DNA of 64,000 nucleotides from a virus: IMG/VR virus record IMGVR_UViG_3300012971_000001, positions 1 to 64,000 of that record; one strand, 5' to 3'. Shown piece by piece: positions 55,301 to 64,000 of this stretch (position 1 is its first letter; each line of letters starts with the position of its first letter). The notes under the pieces were generated by a model. It saw only the letters and a program-made list of their open reading frames with translations, ran no database searches and was not told where the DNA came from. The position numbers and the translations under genes were made by a program.

Positions 55301-58185
55301 GCAACGTCCAGATCGGCAGCACGGGCGTGACCGGCAGCACGGGATGGCCATTGGTCATCGCAGATAGCAGCGGCCTGGGCACGAAAGAAATGGACGGCAG
55401 CGGCGTCAGCAAGATAGAGACGTATGTCGGCTCCGGCGGTGCCAACGAGCTGAGGCTGCTCAACAGCATGAAGCTGATCGGGCAGGCGCAAGACTTGGTG
55501 CTCGGCACAAGCAGCTTCGGGCAGGCAATCAGAATATTAAATTCCGACGGCAGCACGCGGCTGAGCGGGAACCTTACCTTCGCCACAGATAATTCGTACG
55601 ATATAGGCGCCAGCGGTGCCGTGCGGCCGCGGAATATTTTCGTAGCCACGAGCATATACACGCCGTCAGCAACGATCTCCGGCTTAGCAGGCGTGGGCAC
55701 GCGGATGGTGGTGACAGATGCCAACGGGTTGCTGGGCGCGCAGGCAATTCCCAGCGGCGGCGGAGGCGTTACCTCTGTCTTTACCCGGACGGGTGCGGTG
55801 ACTGCACAGGCAGGAGATTACACCGCAGCACAGGTGACCAATGCAGTGTCTACTGCTGGCAGCTATGCAGATCCTGCATGGATCACATCGCTGAGTTACA
55901 GCAAGCTTTCGGGTGTGCCAGCTGGAGCAGTAGCCAGCGTTTTCGGAAGAACAGGCGCAGTAGTTGCAGCAAGTGGCGATTATACAGCAGCACAGGTGAC
56001 CAATGCGGTGAGCACGCTGGGAAGCTATGCAGACCCTGCGTGGATCACGTCGTTGAATTATAGCAAGATTGCCGGTTCGCCATCGACTGCACAGATTGCC
56101 GCGATGCAGACGCCGTGGTTGCAGAATATAGATGCGGCAGGGTATAGCCTGAATCATCTTTCATCGATCCAAGGCCCGACGGGCGCCGGGGATCATACCG
56201 TCTACATTCTTGGCGGCGGTGGGTTGCAAATTGGCCCGTTGACTGGTCAGCACTGTATCTGGATCGGAGGCGATGACACAACGCTGGACATGTGGTGGGG
56301 CGGTGCGGGTCAAGACCGTTGGGTTACTGGTTTGATCAACACTACTGCGGTCGATGCAATTTCCCCTACTGGAAACGACTTTGCGTTCCGGGCGTGGAAC
56401 AATGGGGCCTATCAATCTACACCGCTGACACTGTTCAGAGGTACGGGCTACGTCGGAATCAATAAGCCTACCGCTGCTGCCTACCAGCTGGATGTTGCAG
56501 GCGATGTTGCTGTTACCGGCTATATCTACTTCAACAGCGTCGGCGGTGCAGGCAATCAGGCTTACATCTACAACAGCGTCGGCACGTTCTCGATGATCGC
56601 GCCCAACGGCGTGAATCTCAACCTGGAATCAGACGGCACGGGCCGGGTGTTGATGTCGACCAACGGCACGCGGCGGCTGGTGGTCCATTCCGGCGGCAAC
56701 GTGGGCATCGGCCCCAGCATGAATCCGTCTTACACGCTGGATGTGCAGGGCGATTGCAACATCAGCGGTACTTACTGTGTGAACGGTGTTCCACTTTCGA
56801 CTGGGCAGAACCAGACGCCGTGGCTATCCGACATTGACGGCGGTACGCACCTCCTCAGCAACATCGGCGTGGGCGGATCTCTCGTCGCCGGGATCACATT
56901 GAACAACTACGTCTCATACGCCCTCAAGGATTCTAGTGGTAGTGGTCGGAGCGTGACGTTTCTTGACAATGCGAACCCGGATAACCTACATATCCGTAAC
57001 AACCAACGTGGTGTTGGCGGCGCGATCACCTTTGACACCCAGGCTGGTGGCGTAGAGAGTATGCGAGTCACTGCCACTGGATACCTCGGTATCGGCACGA
57101 CGACGCCGGCCTTCCCGTTGTCTTTCGGCACCGGACTCGGAAACAAGATCGCTCTCTATGACAATGTTAGCGCCTTCTTCGGCTTTGGTATTCAGCCTGG
57201 TCTGTTCCAGGTATTTGCCAATAGTTCCGGCGACCGCATTGGTTTTGGCTACGGCAATAGCGCATCGTTCACGGAAGGAGTAAGTATAACGAATGGTCGT
57301 CTTGGTGTAGGAACTACCGGCCCGTTTTATTCTTTGCACGTCGCTTCGTCAGCAACAAGTGGATCTACGCCCGTTTATCATTCGGCTAATACTCCGTTCT
57401 CGATTGATAATCCAGGCAGTGCAGAGCTAGTAATAGCCATGTTGGGCGCTAGCCCATACACTTACTGGATTCAGAATCGCGGGCCAGCCGGTGCTTTCCC
57501 GATCGCGCTGAATCCTGCTGGTGGATTTGTCGGGATAGGAACTTCATCTCCTCAGTACCTGCTTGAAGTCAATTATAATGCCAGTCAGCTAGGCACTGCA
57601 ACTGGTAATTCTTTGAATATAGCTCGGTTTGATTTTATTGCTTCGAATAATGTCTTTCTACAGATAACTGGCAGTCGTACATTGAGCGGCAGTGACTGGA
57701 CTACGGCTGCTTTTAAGTTACAGCACGTTGTCGATTCGACTCAGATGGGATATATCTCGTTCAATCCATCGAATGCGAATACTCAGAGTATTGGGTTTGG
57801 ATATGGATCTAACGAATTATTCCGGATTGGTGGGGATGGTATTGTTTATGTTGCTAGTTCCTGGGCACGATTTGCTATACAGACTGCTGGGGTGTCTGTT
57901 GCTGCGATGCTTTCAATGGATGGCAGCGGCAATACGATTTTCGACGTTCCGAACACTGGCACTGCTAACGGTTCGATGATTCTTAGTACCAAGGGCACTG
58001 GTCGAGTAATCGCCAGGCAGTCCGGTTACACGAACATTTTCGTCCCGACTTCAGCAATTCCAGATGGAGAAGTGATTGGAACTTGTATGGCATTTTGGCT
58101 AGATCAGGGAAGCAACCGGATTGTGTTTCGAGTCAGGTATAACGATGGAACAACAATGAAGACCGGATACGTTACTTTAGCATGA
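52324..58185 (+). CDS. Collagen-like fibre protein (1953 aa)
   Basis: Gly-X-Y from 52456 to ~55030; VFTRTGAV repeats; several GIGT..P fibre repeats. Confidence 0.88.
52456..55032 (+). repeat. Collagen Gly-X-Y coding repeat
   Basis: Roughly 270 [12 protein letters not shown] triplets with one ~45-aa globular interruption near 53320-53460. Confidence 0.95.
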
Positions 58186-58255
58186 GAAGGAGAAGTTAGA
58201 TCATGAGCGTTGGGTTGATACAGATGCCACAAAGAAAAAGAAAAAGGAGATAGCA

Positions 58256-58549
58256 ATGGCATTGACTTACACAGACTCCAACGCGCTCATGAACGACTTC
58301 GACTTTCGCGGGCGCATCAAGGTAGCTGCACTTCACTATGCGGACTACATCATGAACGAAGCAACCAACACGCCTGGCCACACGTCCCGGCTGCGCTGGG
58401 CCAGTGCTACGTTCCAGAGCCCGGATCAGGCGGCCCAATCGTTGCATTCGCCGGTGGTAATGGACCCGGCGGTGCAGGCAGATGGTGCTGCCATCATCGA
58501 CACCAACCTGCAGAGCGCGGTGGAGAACACGATCAACAAATTGATCTGA
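58256..58549 (+). CDS. Fibre-associated small protein
   Basis: AAGGAG RBS; F.GR.K.A...R..WA...D..LQ..V pattern. Confidence 0.55.
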   Translation: MALTYTDSNALMNDFDFRGRIKVAALHYADYIMNEATNTPGHTSRLRWASATFQSPDQAAQSLHSPVVMDPAVQADGAAIIDTNLQSAVENTINKLI

Positions 58550-58578
58550 GGATAGAATGACGAGGAGGATAGAAAAAG

Positions 58579-58965
58579 ATGCAAACAGTATTCCTGACGT
58601 TCTATAAGCGGATCACTCTGTGGAATATGGTGGGCAACCATAGCGTGAGCGGACTCAAGCAGGCAGAGGTATATCTGCGGTTGATCGGCAAGCTACGCCC
58701 GACGGACGAAGAAACGGAATCGGTTAATCTTCAGAACAACGGGATGGGTGTGAGCTGGCAGCTGCCGGTGCCGACGTTCGGCGACAAGGACATAGAGCTG
58801 GAGCGATCGGAAGCAGATGCACTTATCGCAGCCATAGAAGTAGCGCAGTTCCGGGTGGTAGATGCAGCGTGGCTGCAGGAGATAGCAGACCAGCTAAAGA
58901 AGAAACCACCAAAAAAAGAAACAGACGAGGCCAGGGCAGAGGTTGAAGAACCGGTGCTCAACTAA
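58579..58965 (+). CDS. Hypothetical protein (possible fibre chaperone)
   Basis: GAGGAGG upstream; position. Confidence 0.55.
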   Translation: MQTVFLTFYKRITLWNMVGNHSVSGLKQAEVYLRLIGKLRPTDEETESVNLQNNGMGVSWQLPVPTFGDKDIELERSEADALIAAIEVAQFRVVDAAWLQEIADQLKKKPPKKETDEARAEVEEPVLN

Positions 58966-59474
58966 TGAAAGTGACCATGGAATTCGAGGGCCTGGAAAAG
59001 CTGGACAGACTGTTCAGCAACGTGGGCGGACCGCTGTGGGGCGGCGTGAAGGTGGTCGGCAAAGCAGCCGCCTATGCACTGGTCTGGGAATGGGGATCAG
59101 CGCGGATCACGAAGCCAGGCCCAAAGACGACATGGGGCACCAATCCCGCCGGCGATACGGTGGTGCTTACGCTTACCGCGCCGTACGGCTACATTCGCGT
59201 GAATAAGGACCAGTACCTCAGCATACTGCGGGAGGAGGTTAAGAACGCACGCCTGACAAGGGTAAAGCCGGAGAACTTCGAGAATGCTCTAAAGGACGCC
59301 CTCAGCAGGGCTGAGATTCGCTGTTCGTTATTAATCTCTGAAACTGCCCCTATCGACAGTGGTGACTTGAGGATGAGTATTCAGCCAACGGGAGTTAACG
59401 CACCGATTCTGTTCACCGGGACGCCGAACCTGTTCGGGCCCACCGAATTTGACCTCGGGACTGGCTGGATTTAA
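58965..59474 (+). CDS. HK97 gp10-like neck/tail-completion protein
   Basis: FEGLEKL, YALVWEWG, APIDSGDLRMSI. Confidence 0.65.
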   Translation: MKVTMEFEGLEKLDRLFSNVGGPLWGGVKVVGKAAAYALVWEWGSARITKPGPKTTWGTNPAGDTVVLTLTAPYGYIRVNKDQYLSILREEVKNARLTRVKPENFENALKDALSRAEIRCSLLISETAPIDSGDLRMSIQPTGVNAPILFTGTPNLFGPTEFDLGTGWI

Positions 59475-59500
59475 GAACTATGTGGTATCGTGTCTCATCT

Positions 59501-60004
59501 ATGGGTAGACCAAGTATGGGGCGGGATACTGCATCGCTACAGCAGCGCTTTTTACGCTACGTCGACAAGACATCTTCGCCTAAGGGCTGCTGGCTTTGGA
59601 CGGGCGCAAAAGATCGGGACGGTTATGGCAGCTTTAAGATACGAGTTGATGGTAAGTTAGAACAGCGCGCGCATCGCATTGCGTATATCTGGTGGAAGGC
59701 ACCTATTCCAGATGGCTCGTGGATGCTGCATAAAGTGGAGTGCAGTGATTCATCGTGTTGTAACCCGGATCATGTGTATGCCGGGAACGCAAGGCAGAAT
59801 TCAAACGACGCTATAACTACGGGTGCTATGCGTCGGGGAGAGGCATCTTCGCATTCTAAACTAACTGCTTTGCAGGTGCGTGTGATAAGGGCATTGTATC
59901 GGCGAGGGCAAGGGACACAAGCTAGTTTGGCTCTTGAATTTGGCGTAGTTCCCTTTGCTATATTTCAGATTATTAAACGTCGGACTTGGAAGCACGTCAA
60001 ATGA
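59501..60004 (+). CDS. HNH homing endonuclease (copy 3)
   Basis: VDKTSSPKGCWLWTG, GYG, AHRIAY, CCNPDH, SKLT, RRTWKH. Confidence 0.88.
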   Translation: MGRPSMGRDTASLQQRFLRYVDKTSSPKGCWLWTGAKDRDGYGSFKIRVDGKLEQRAHRIAYIWWKAPIPDGSWMLHKVECSDSSCCNPDHVYAGNARQNSNDAITTGAMRRGEASSHSKLTALQVRVIRALYRRGQGTQASLALEFGVVPFAIFQIIKRRTWKHVK

Positions 60005-60621
60005 AGCTGGACGACTTACTCGCGCTGCATATATGGTCCCGACAGGGAAGGATCATCACTGCCAAAAAGCGGCAGCCGATCGTCTACAATCCCGACGCAG
60101 CAATCAAGGCTCATGTAGACGCCACAGCGGGGAAGCTGCATGATTACTTCGCCAGTGAAAATACCGCGGGCAAACCTATGCGCGCCATGCTGGGCGAGCT
60201 GGTCAAAAACGCACGCATGCTGGGCTTCGAAGATGGCGCGCATTACTCCGGCAAGAAGCTCACCGATGCCTACGTCCAGAAGGTCGACAAGCATGCAAAG
60301 AAATACAGCCGCGAATTGGCGTCGCAGATATCGCAGACGACCAGGAAGGGCCTGAAGAACGAAACGCCTTACGTCACCACGAGTGACCGCGCCACAGCCA
60401 TAGCCGCCCATGAGGGAAGAAAGGCCTACAACAAAGGGCTTTTGGAAGCGATGGGAGGAAATGGCTTTGGAAAATCCTGGATGACGGGAGATAGCCCGTG
60501 CCCGGACTGCCAGGACAACGAAGATGATGACATCATAGATATGAATGATGTGTTTTCCAGCGGGGACGATACGCCGCCAGCACATCCTAATTGCGGTTGC
60601 ACCTTAGGAGTCCACGTATAA
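60001..60621 (+). CDS. MuF/SPP1 gp7-like minor head protein (short form)
   Basis: RATAIA.HE, KSW, CPDC..N, FSSG...PPAHPNCGC. Confidence 0.82.
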   Translation: MKLDDLLALHIWSRQGRIITAKKRQPIVYNPDAAIKAHVDATAGKLHDYFASENTAGKPMRAMLGELVKNARMLGFEDGAHYSGKKLTDAYVQKVDKHAKKYSRELASQISQTTRKGLKNETPYVTTSDRATAIAAHEGRKAYNKGLLEAMGGNGFGKSWMTGDSPCPDCQDNEDDDIIDMNDVFSSGDDTPPAHPNCGCTLGVHV

Positions 60622-60706
60622 TGGTGCATTGTTGTCATAATACGTCGATGACTAAAGCGCAACGCATATTCAATCTGATAGTCAGACGCAAGATTTGGAA
60701 AAACAT

Positions 60707-61180
60707 ATGAGTGCTACAAGCGCGATAGTGATGGAAGTCGGCGAGATGTCCCGGAAGAAATTCTACAATCAGGATTTCTCCGGCAAGGATCTTTCGCACA
60801 AGAAGATGAGATCGAGCTTCTTTTACCGCTGTAACTTCGACGACGCAGACATGTCGCATGCGGATGCCGAAGGAACGGAATTTGTCGGCTGTACCTTCAA
60901 TAATTCGATTTGCTATTACTCCAATTTCAAGGATGCAAAGTTAGCCGGGAACGTGTTCAAGCCAAAGGATGCTTACGGCATTACGCTTACGATGAGCTGC
61001 AAGACCTTCGATCAGATGGAGACGAGACAGCTGTGGTGGTACGGAATGTTGCTTTTTGCCACGATGATGGTGCCTGAACGCGAACCCGTCGACGAGGACC
61101 TCAATGCAGGGCTGATTAACCTCATCGGCGCTGAACGGTACGCCAAGCTTAAGACCTTGTTCAGCAAGCGGGAAGTGTAA
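60707..61180 (+). CDS. Pentapeptide repeat protein
   Basis: QDFSG KDLSH ... CNFDD ADMSH ... SNFKD AKLAG. Confidence 0.75.
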   Translation: MSATSAIVMEVGEMSRKKFYNQDFSGKDLSHKKMRSSFFYRCNFDDADMSHADAEGTEFVGCTFNNSICYYSNFKDAKLAGNVFKPKDAYGITLTMSCKTFDQMETRQLWWYGMLLFATMMVPEREPVDEDLNAGLINLIGAERYAKLKTLFSKREV

Positions 61181-61194
61181 TGTACTATTGGTTG

Positions 61195-61731
61195 ATGCCG
61201 AAGCTAGATGTAAACGAACAGCGTGATCGTTTTTTCTCGCATGTTGATAGAACCTCTTCGCCTAAGGGATGCTGGATTTGGACAGGTACTCTAAACGCTT
61301 CTGGCTACGGCAGAATCAAAATTACTTTCACCGATGGAACATTTGAACGGTTAGCTCATCGTGTGTCGTACAGGTGGTGGAAAGGGCCAATACCGATGGG
61401 TCTGTTGGTTTGTCATATCCGAGCCTGCAGTGATTCAACTTGCGTCAATCCTGCCCACCTGTACACGGGTACAGATCAAGACAACACAGATGATAGGGTC
61501 GCTGTAGGTAATCAGCCAAAGGGCAGAACCCACCACATGCACTTACATCCAGAATACGCCGCGCGTGGTGCTGCTGCCGGACGTAGCAAGCTGACTGATG
61601 TGCAAGTGCGCGTTGCACGTGCTTTGCATAGACGTGACCACATGATAAAGAGCATTGCTAGACGTTTCGGTGTAACCGCAACGGCTATCTCCGCTATTGT
61701 GCATAGCAAGACATGGAGGCATCTGTGGTAG
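61195..61731 (+). CDS. HNH homing endonuclease (copy 4)
   Basis: VDRTSSPKGCWIWTG, AHRVSY, CVNPAHL.TGT...N; TACTAT 6 nt before ATG 61195. Confidence 0.88.
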   Translation: MPKLDVNEQRDRFFSHVDRTSSPKGCWIWTGTLNASGYGRIKITFTDGTFERLAHRVSYRWWKGPIPMGLLVCHIRACSDSTCVNPAHLYTGTDQDNTDDRVAVGNQPKGRTHHMHLHPEYAARGAAAGRSKLTDVQVRVARALHRRDHMIKSIARRFGVTATAISAIVHSKTWRHLW

Positions 61732-62327
61732 AGGCGATCGATACCTATTTTCTGTTCGTCAAGAGCCAGATGGCAAAGCTGGATCCAACGCAACGCTTTG
61801 GACCTATTGTGGCCAGTCGAGATTGGCCGCAGACGCCGCCGAAAGACAGCACGCTGTATCTGCTGTACCTTAGCTCGACGCCGATCTCGCCCGGCACAGC
61901 ATCGGTGACCTTCTATCAGCATATGCTGCAGTGGGTCTGGCTGGTGATGGGCGACGACATAGAGCCGACGGAAAGAAAACAGAACCGCGGTGACAGATAC
62001 CGCGTCCACCTGAACATGCAGAACAACCTGCAGGACGCGAATTACCCGGGCTTCTGCCAGAAGATGGCTTACACAGCAGACAGGGACGGCAACCTGTCCA
62101 GCAACGGTTTTACCCTGCCGGAATACGGCGGGGCAGAAACGATCTTCTGGACTACACCAAGATTCATTCCGAGATTCGATGCAGAGAGATCGGGCTTACT
62201 CTACGGAGTAGCAGCCGTGGAAGTGGATGCGTGGGAAGATATTACGCTGAAGTTGCAGCAGCCGTATCCGCAGCCGGTTTTGACGAAGGATGTGCGTGCT
62301 AGAATAGACGCGTTTAACAGATCGTAG
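61713..62327 (+). CDS. Putative tail terminator
   Basis: Directly before tail tube; start could be GTG 61725. Confidence 0.55.
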   Translation: MEASVVEAIDTYFLFVKSQMAKLDPTQRFGPIVASRDWPQTPPKDSTLYLLYLSSTPISPGTASVTFYQHMLQWVWLVMGDDIEPTERKQNRGDRYRVHLNMQNNLQDANYPGFCQKMAYTADRDGNLSSNGFTLPEYGGAETIFWTTPRFIPRFDAERSGLLYGVAAVEVDAWEDITLKLQQPYPQPVLTKDVRARIDAFNRS

Positions 62328-62335
62328 ATGTGCTC

Positions 62336-62370
62336 CGCCGTAGGCTGTAGCTGATAATGACGTCTATTAT
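62336..62370 (+). promoter_or_regulatory. Putative late promoter (CGCCGTWGGC class)
   Basis: CGCCGTAGGCT-18 bp-TATTAT. Confidence 0.45.
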
Positions 62371-62411
62371 TGTAGGGCAGACCAGGCTTAGTGAATAGAG
62401 GAGAAGGACGA

Positions 62412-63521
62412 ATGGCAGGAGCAAATCTTCCAAAGTCATTAACGCAGCCATTCCGACAGGGCCAGCTTAATGTTGGTTCCGGATGGCGCGGTTATTTTGC
62501 CCCATTCAATCAAGCAACAGCAGTGAATCAGACGTCGACGTCGATCGGGCCCACAATGTACGACTTGGAAGTTTTGGGCCGGTTCGTCGACGCGACTCCA
62601 CCTGCTGGCTGGTTTGACATCGGGTTGATTCGAAACTTCAAATTTACGCCAGGCTCGAAAATCGGAAATATCGTTTCCGGTTACCGCGGAGCAGTGCGGG
62701 CCAAGTACCGCGGAGAGGTGGCGGAAAAGTTCAATTTCGCATTCGCGGAAATGTCGCGGACGGCGATGCGGCTGGCGACCGGCTCGCAGGTGTTCAACCT
62801 GCTCAAAACGGCCGGGAATGCCACGCCGAACACGCAAGGGCCTTTGAATTCGCCTGGCGTAGCCGGCGTTCCGATGATAGCCTACTCGCCGAGTGGGATG
62901 ACGGGCGGGCCGTCGGGCATACCGACGCTTTCGGTCGCCACCGGGACGGGCTCGCAATTCCCTGTCGGCTCGATGATTGTGTGCGACATCGACTACGACC
63001 CGGCGACCTACGGCTTTGTGGGAGACGCAGGTGCCAACGTGTTTCCGGGTGCCGTGACGGACGTCGACTTCATTCGCAAGACTTCCGATTACGTAGCCGG
63101 TGTTCAGCAAATCGTTACAGCCGGCGGTGCCGACTTACTCGTGCTGACCGGCCCGTTTGTCGGCGGCGGCAACAAGGTCGGCATACAAGGGATGGGGCCG
63201 ACAGCTCCGGCGCCGCCTGCGAAGGTGCAGGCCATAACCGGCTACGCATCGCGAGAAGGCGGCACTTACATCGCAGAGTGGTCGGCGGTGTTCAAGCTCG
63301 ACACGGCAGACTTCTCGCAGCTTCTGCTCTACTACCCACGCGTAGCTCCAGACGCATTCGCCGGCCTGGGCGAAGTGGCCATTCAGAATATCTCGTCCAT
63401 GCAGGAATACGACATGGATGCATCGTTCGAAGCAATGGCCTTTGACGATCCGTTGGATGGCGAGACTGTGGTCCGGTATTCGGCCTATTATCCGCATCCC
63501 GGAACAAATCCGGCGCAATAG
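62412..63521 (+). CDS. Major tail (tube) protein
   Basis: GAGGAGAAGG RBS; YFAP, GWFDIG, LLLYYPRV pattern; terminator downstream. Confidence 0.7.
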   Translation: MAGANLPKSLTQPFRQGQLNVGSGWRGYFAPFNQATAVNQTSTSIGPTMYDLEVLGRFVDATPPAGWFDIGLIRNFKFTPGSKIGNIVSGYRGAVRAKYRGEVAEKFNFAFAEMSRTAMRLATGSQVFNLLKTAGNATPNTQGPLNSPGVAGVPMIAYSPSGMTGGPSGIPTLSVATGTGSQFPVGSMIVCDIDYDPATYGFVGDAGANVFPGAVTDVDFIRKTSDYVAGVQQIVTAGGADLLVLTGPFVGGGNKVGIQGMGPTAPAPPAKVQAITGYASREGGTYIAEWSAVFKLDTADFSQLLLYYPRVAPDAFAGLGEVAIQNISSMQEYDMDASFEAMAFDDPLDGETVVRYSAYYPHPGTNPAQ

Positions 63522-63537
63522 CTTCCTTGCAGGGGGA

Positions 63538-63596
63538 GGCCCGGCTCAGCTCAGAGCCTTACCACGCGCCAGCCATAAGCTGGGCCGGGTCTTTTT
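63538..63596 (+). terminator. Rho-independent terminator
   Basis: GGCCCGGCTCAGCT...AGCTGGGCCGGGTC-TTTT. Confidence 0.7.
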
Positions 63597-63652
63597 GATA
63601 AAGAAAGTAGGTGAATAAAGATGTGGCGGCTAAAGTTAGAAAAGGATAGCTT

Positions 63653-64000
63653 ATGGCAGACCACAATTTCCCTTCGCCGAAAGAAGTTGCTGAAATTCTC
63701 TCTACCGAACCTGAATACGATCTCTCCACACTAACCGCAGAAGAAAAACCCATAGCCTTAAAGTTGATCCCGCTCGTCGTGGGCCGAGTGCGCGAGACGG
63801 TGCGGGTGGATCTAGAGGCAAAGAAGGCCCGCGAACTCGAACAACACATCCAATCGCTCAGCGCTCAGAACGCCGAGATGATGGAAAAAGAAATAACCAA
63901 GCTCAAAGAGTCGAACAAGCCGCCGTCGCCGGAAGACCTGAGCAAGCTACTCAGCCAGGAATACGCCGAGATGACCGTGCGCCTGGTGGTGCGTGACGGC
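63653..64000 (+). CDS. Putative tail assembly chaperone, 3' truncated
   Basis: AAGGA RBS; MADHNFPSPKEV... open to window end; follows tail tube. Confidence 0.5.
   Translation, partial: MADHNFPSPKEVAEILSTEPEYDLSTLTAEEKPIALKLIPLVVGRVRETVRVDLEAKKARELEQHIQSLSAQNAEMMEKEITKLKESNKPPSPEDLSKLLSQEYAEMTVRLVVRDG

Noticed and set aside
1-64000. tRNA genes, integrase, reverse transcriptase/DGR, stop-codon recoding
   Set aside because: No cloverleaf, recombinase or RT motifs seen by eye; all three stops end genes normally and the terL TGA is resolved by a frame change, not readthrough

Overview
A 64-kb segment of a large tailed dsDNA phage genome; essentially all credible genes are on the + strand and both ends cut through ORFs. 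Left part (1-~13 kb): short early/accessory genes (DUF6011-like, Ku, DUF932, Zn-finger and YkgJ-like proteins). Many are driven by a repeated sigma70-type promoter whose spacer holds an 18-bp palindrome (consensus about CACRGGTTYRAACCYGTG), mostly with leaderless starts. Middle (~13-33 kb): QueD, an atypical QueE, up to four glycosyltransferases, RuvC, GroES-like, a polyvalent-protein-type pyrophosphatase, large secreted/lipoproteins, and a large terminase. The terminase is split in two by an inserted gene, needs a +1 shift at CCC-TGA, and has an exact 35-nt antisense copy 6.7 kb downstream next to a 19-bp stem. Right part (33-64 kb): intein-containing portal; a cassette of four putative virion-packaged effectors (PD-(D/E)xK nuclease, HExxH peptidase, ADP-ribosyltransferase, kinase+ART) sharing a GGPGSGCHGxxCGRP tag and paired with small immunity-like genes; then prohead protease/scaffold, capsid, neck, a very long collagen fibre, MuF and tail genes. 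Four paralogous HNH endonucleases and one internally deleted remnant are scattered through it. Host is inferred (weakly) to be Acidobacteria-like. All family calls come from motif recognition by eye; no database searches were run.
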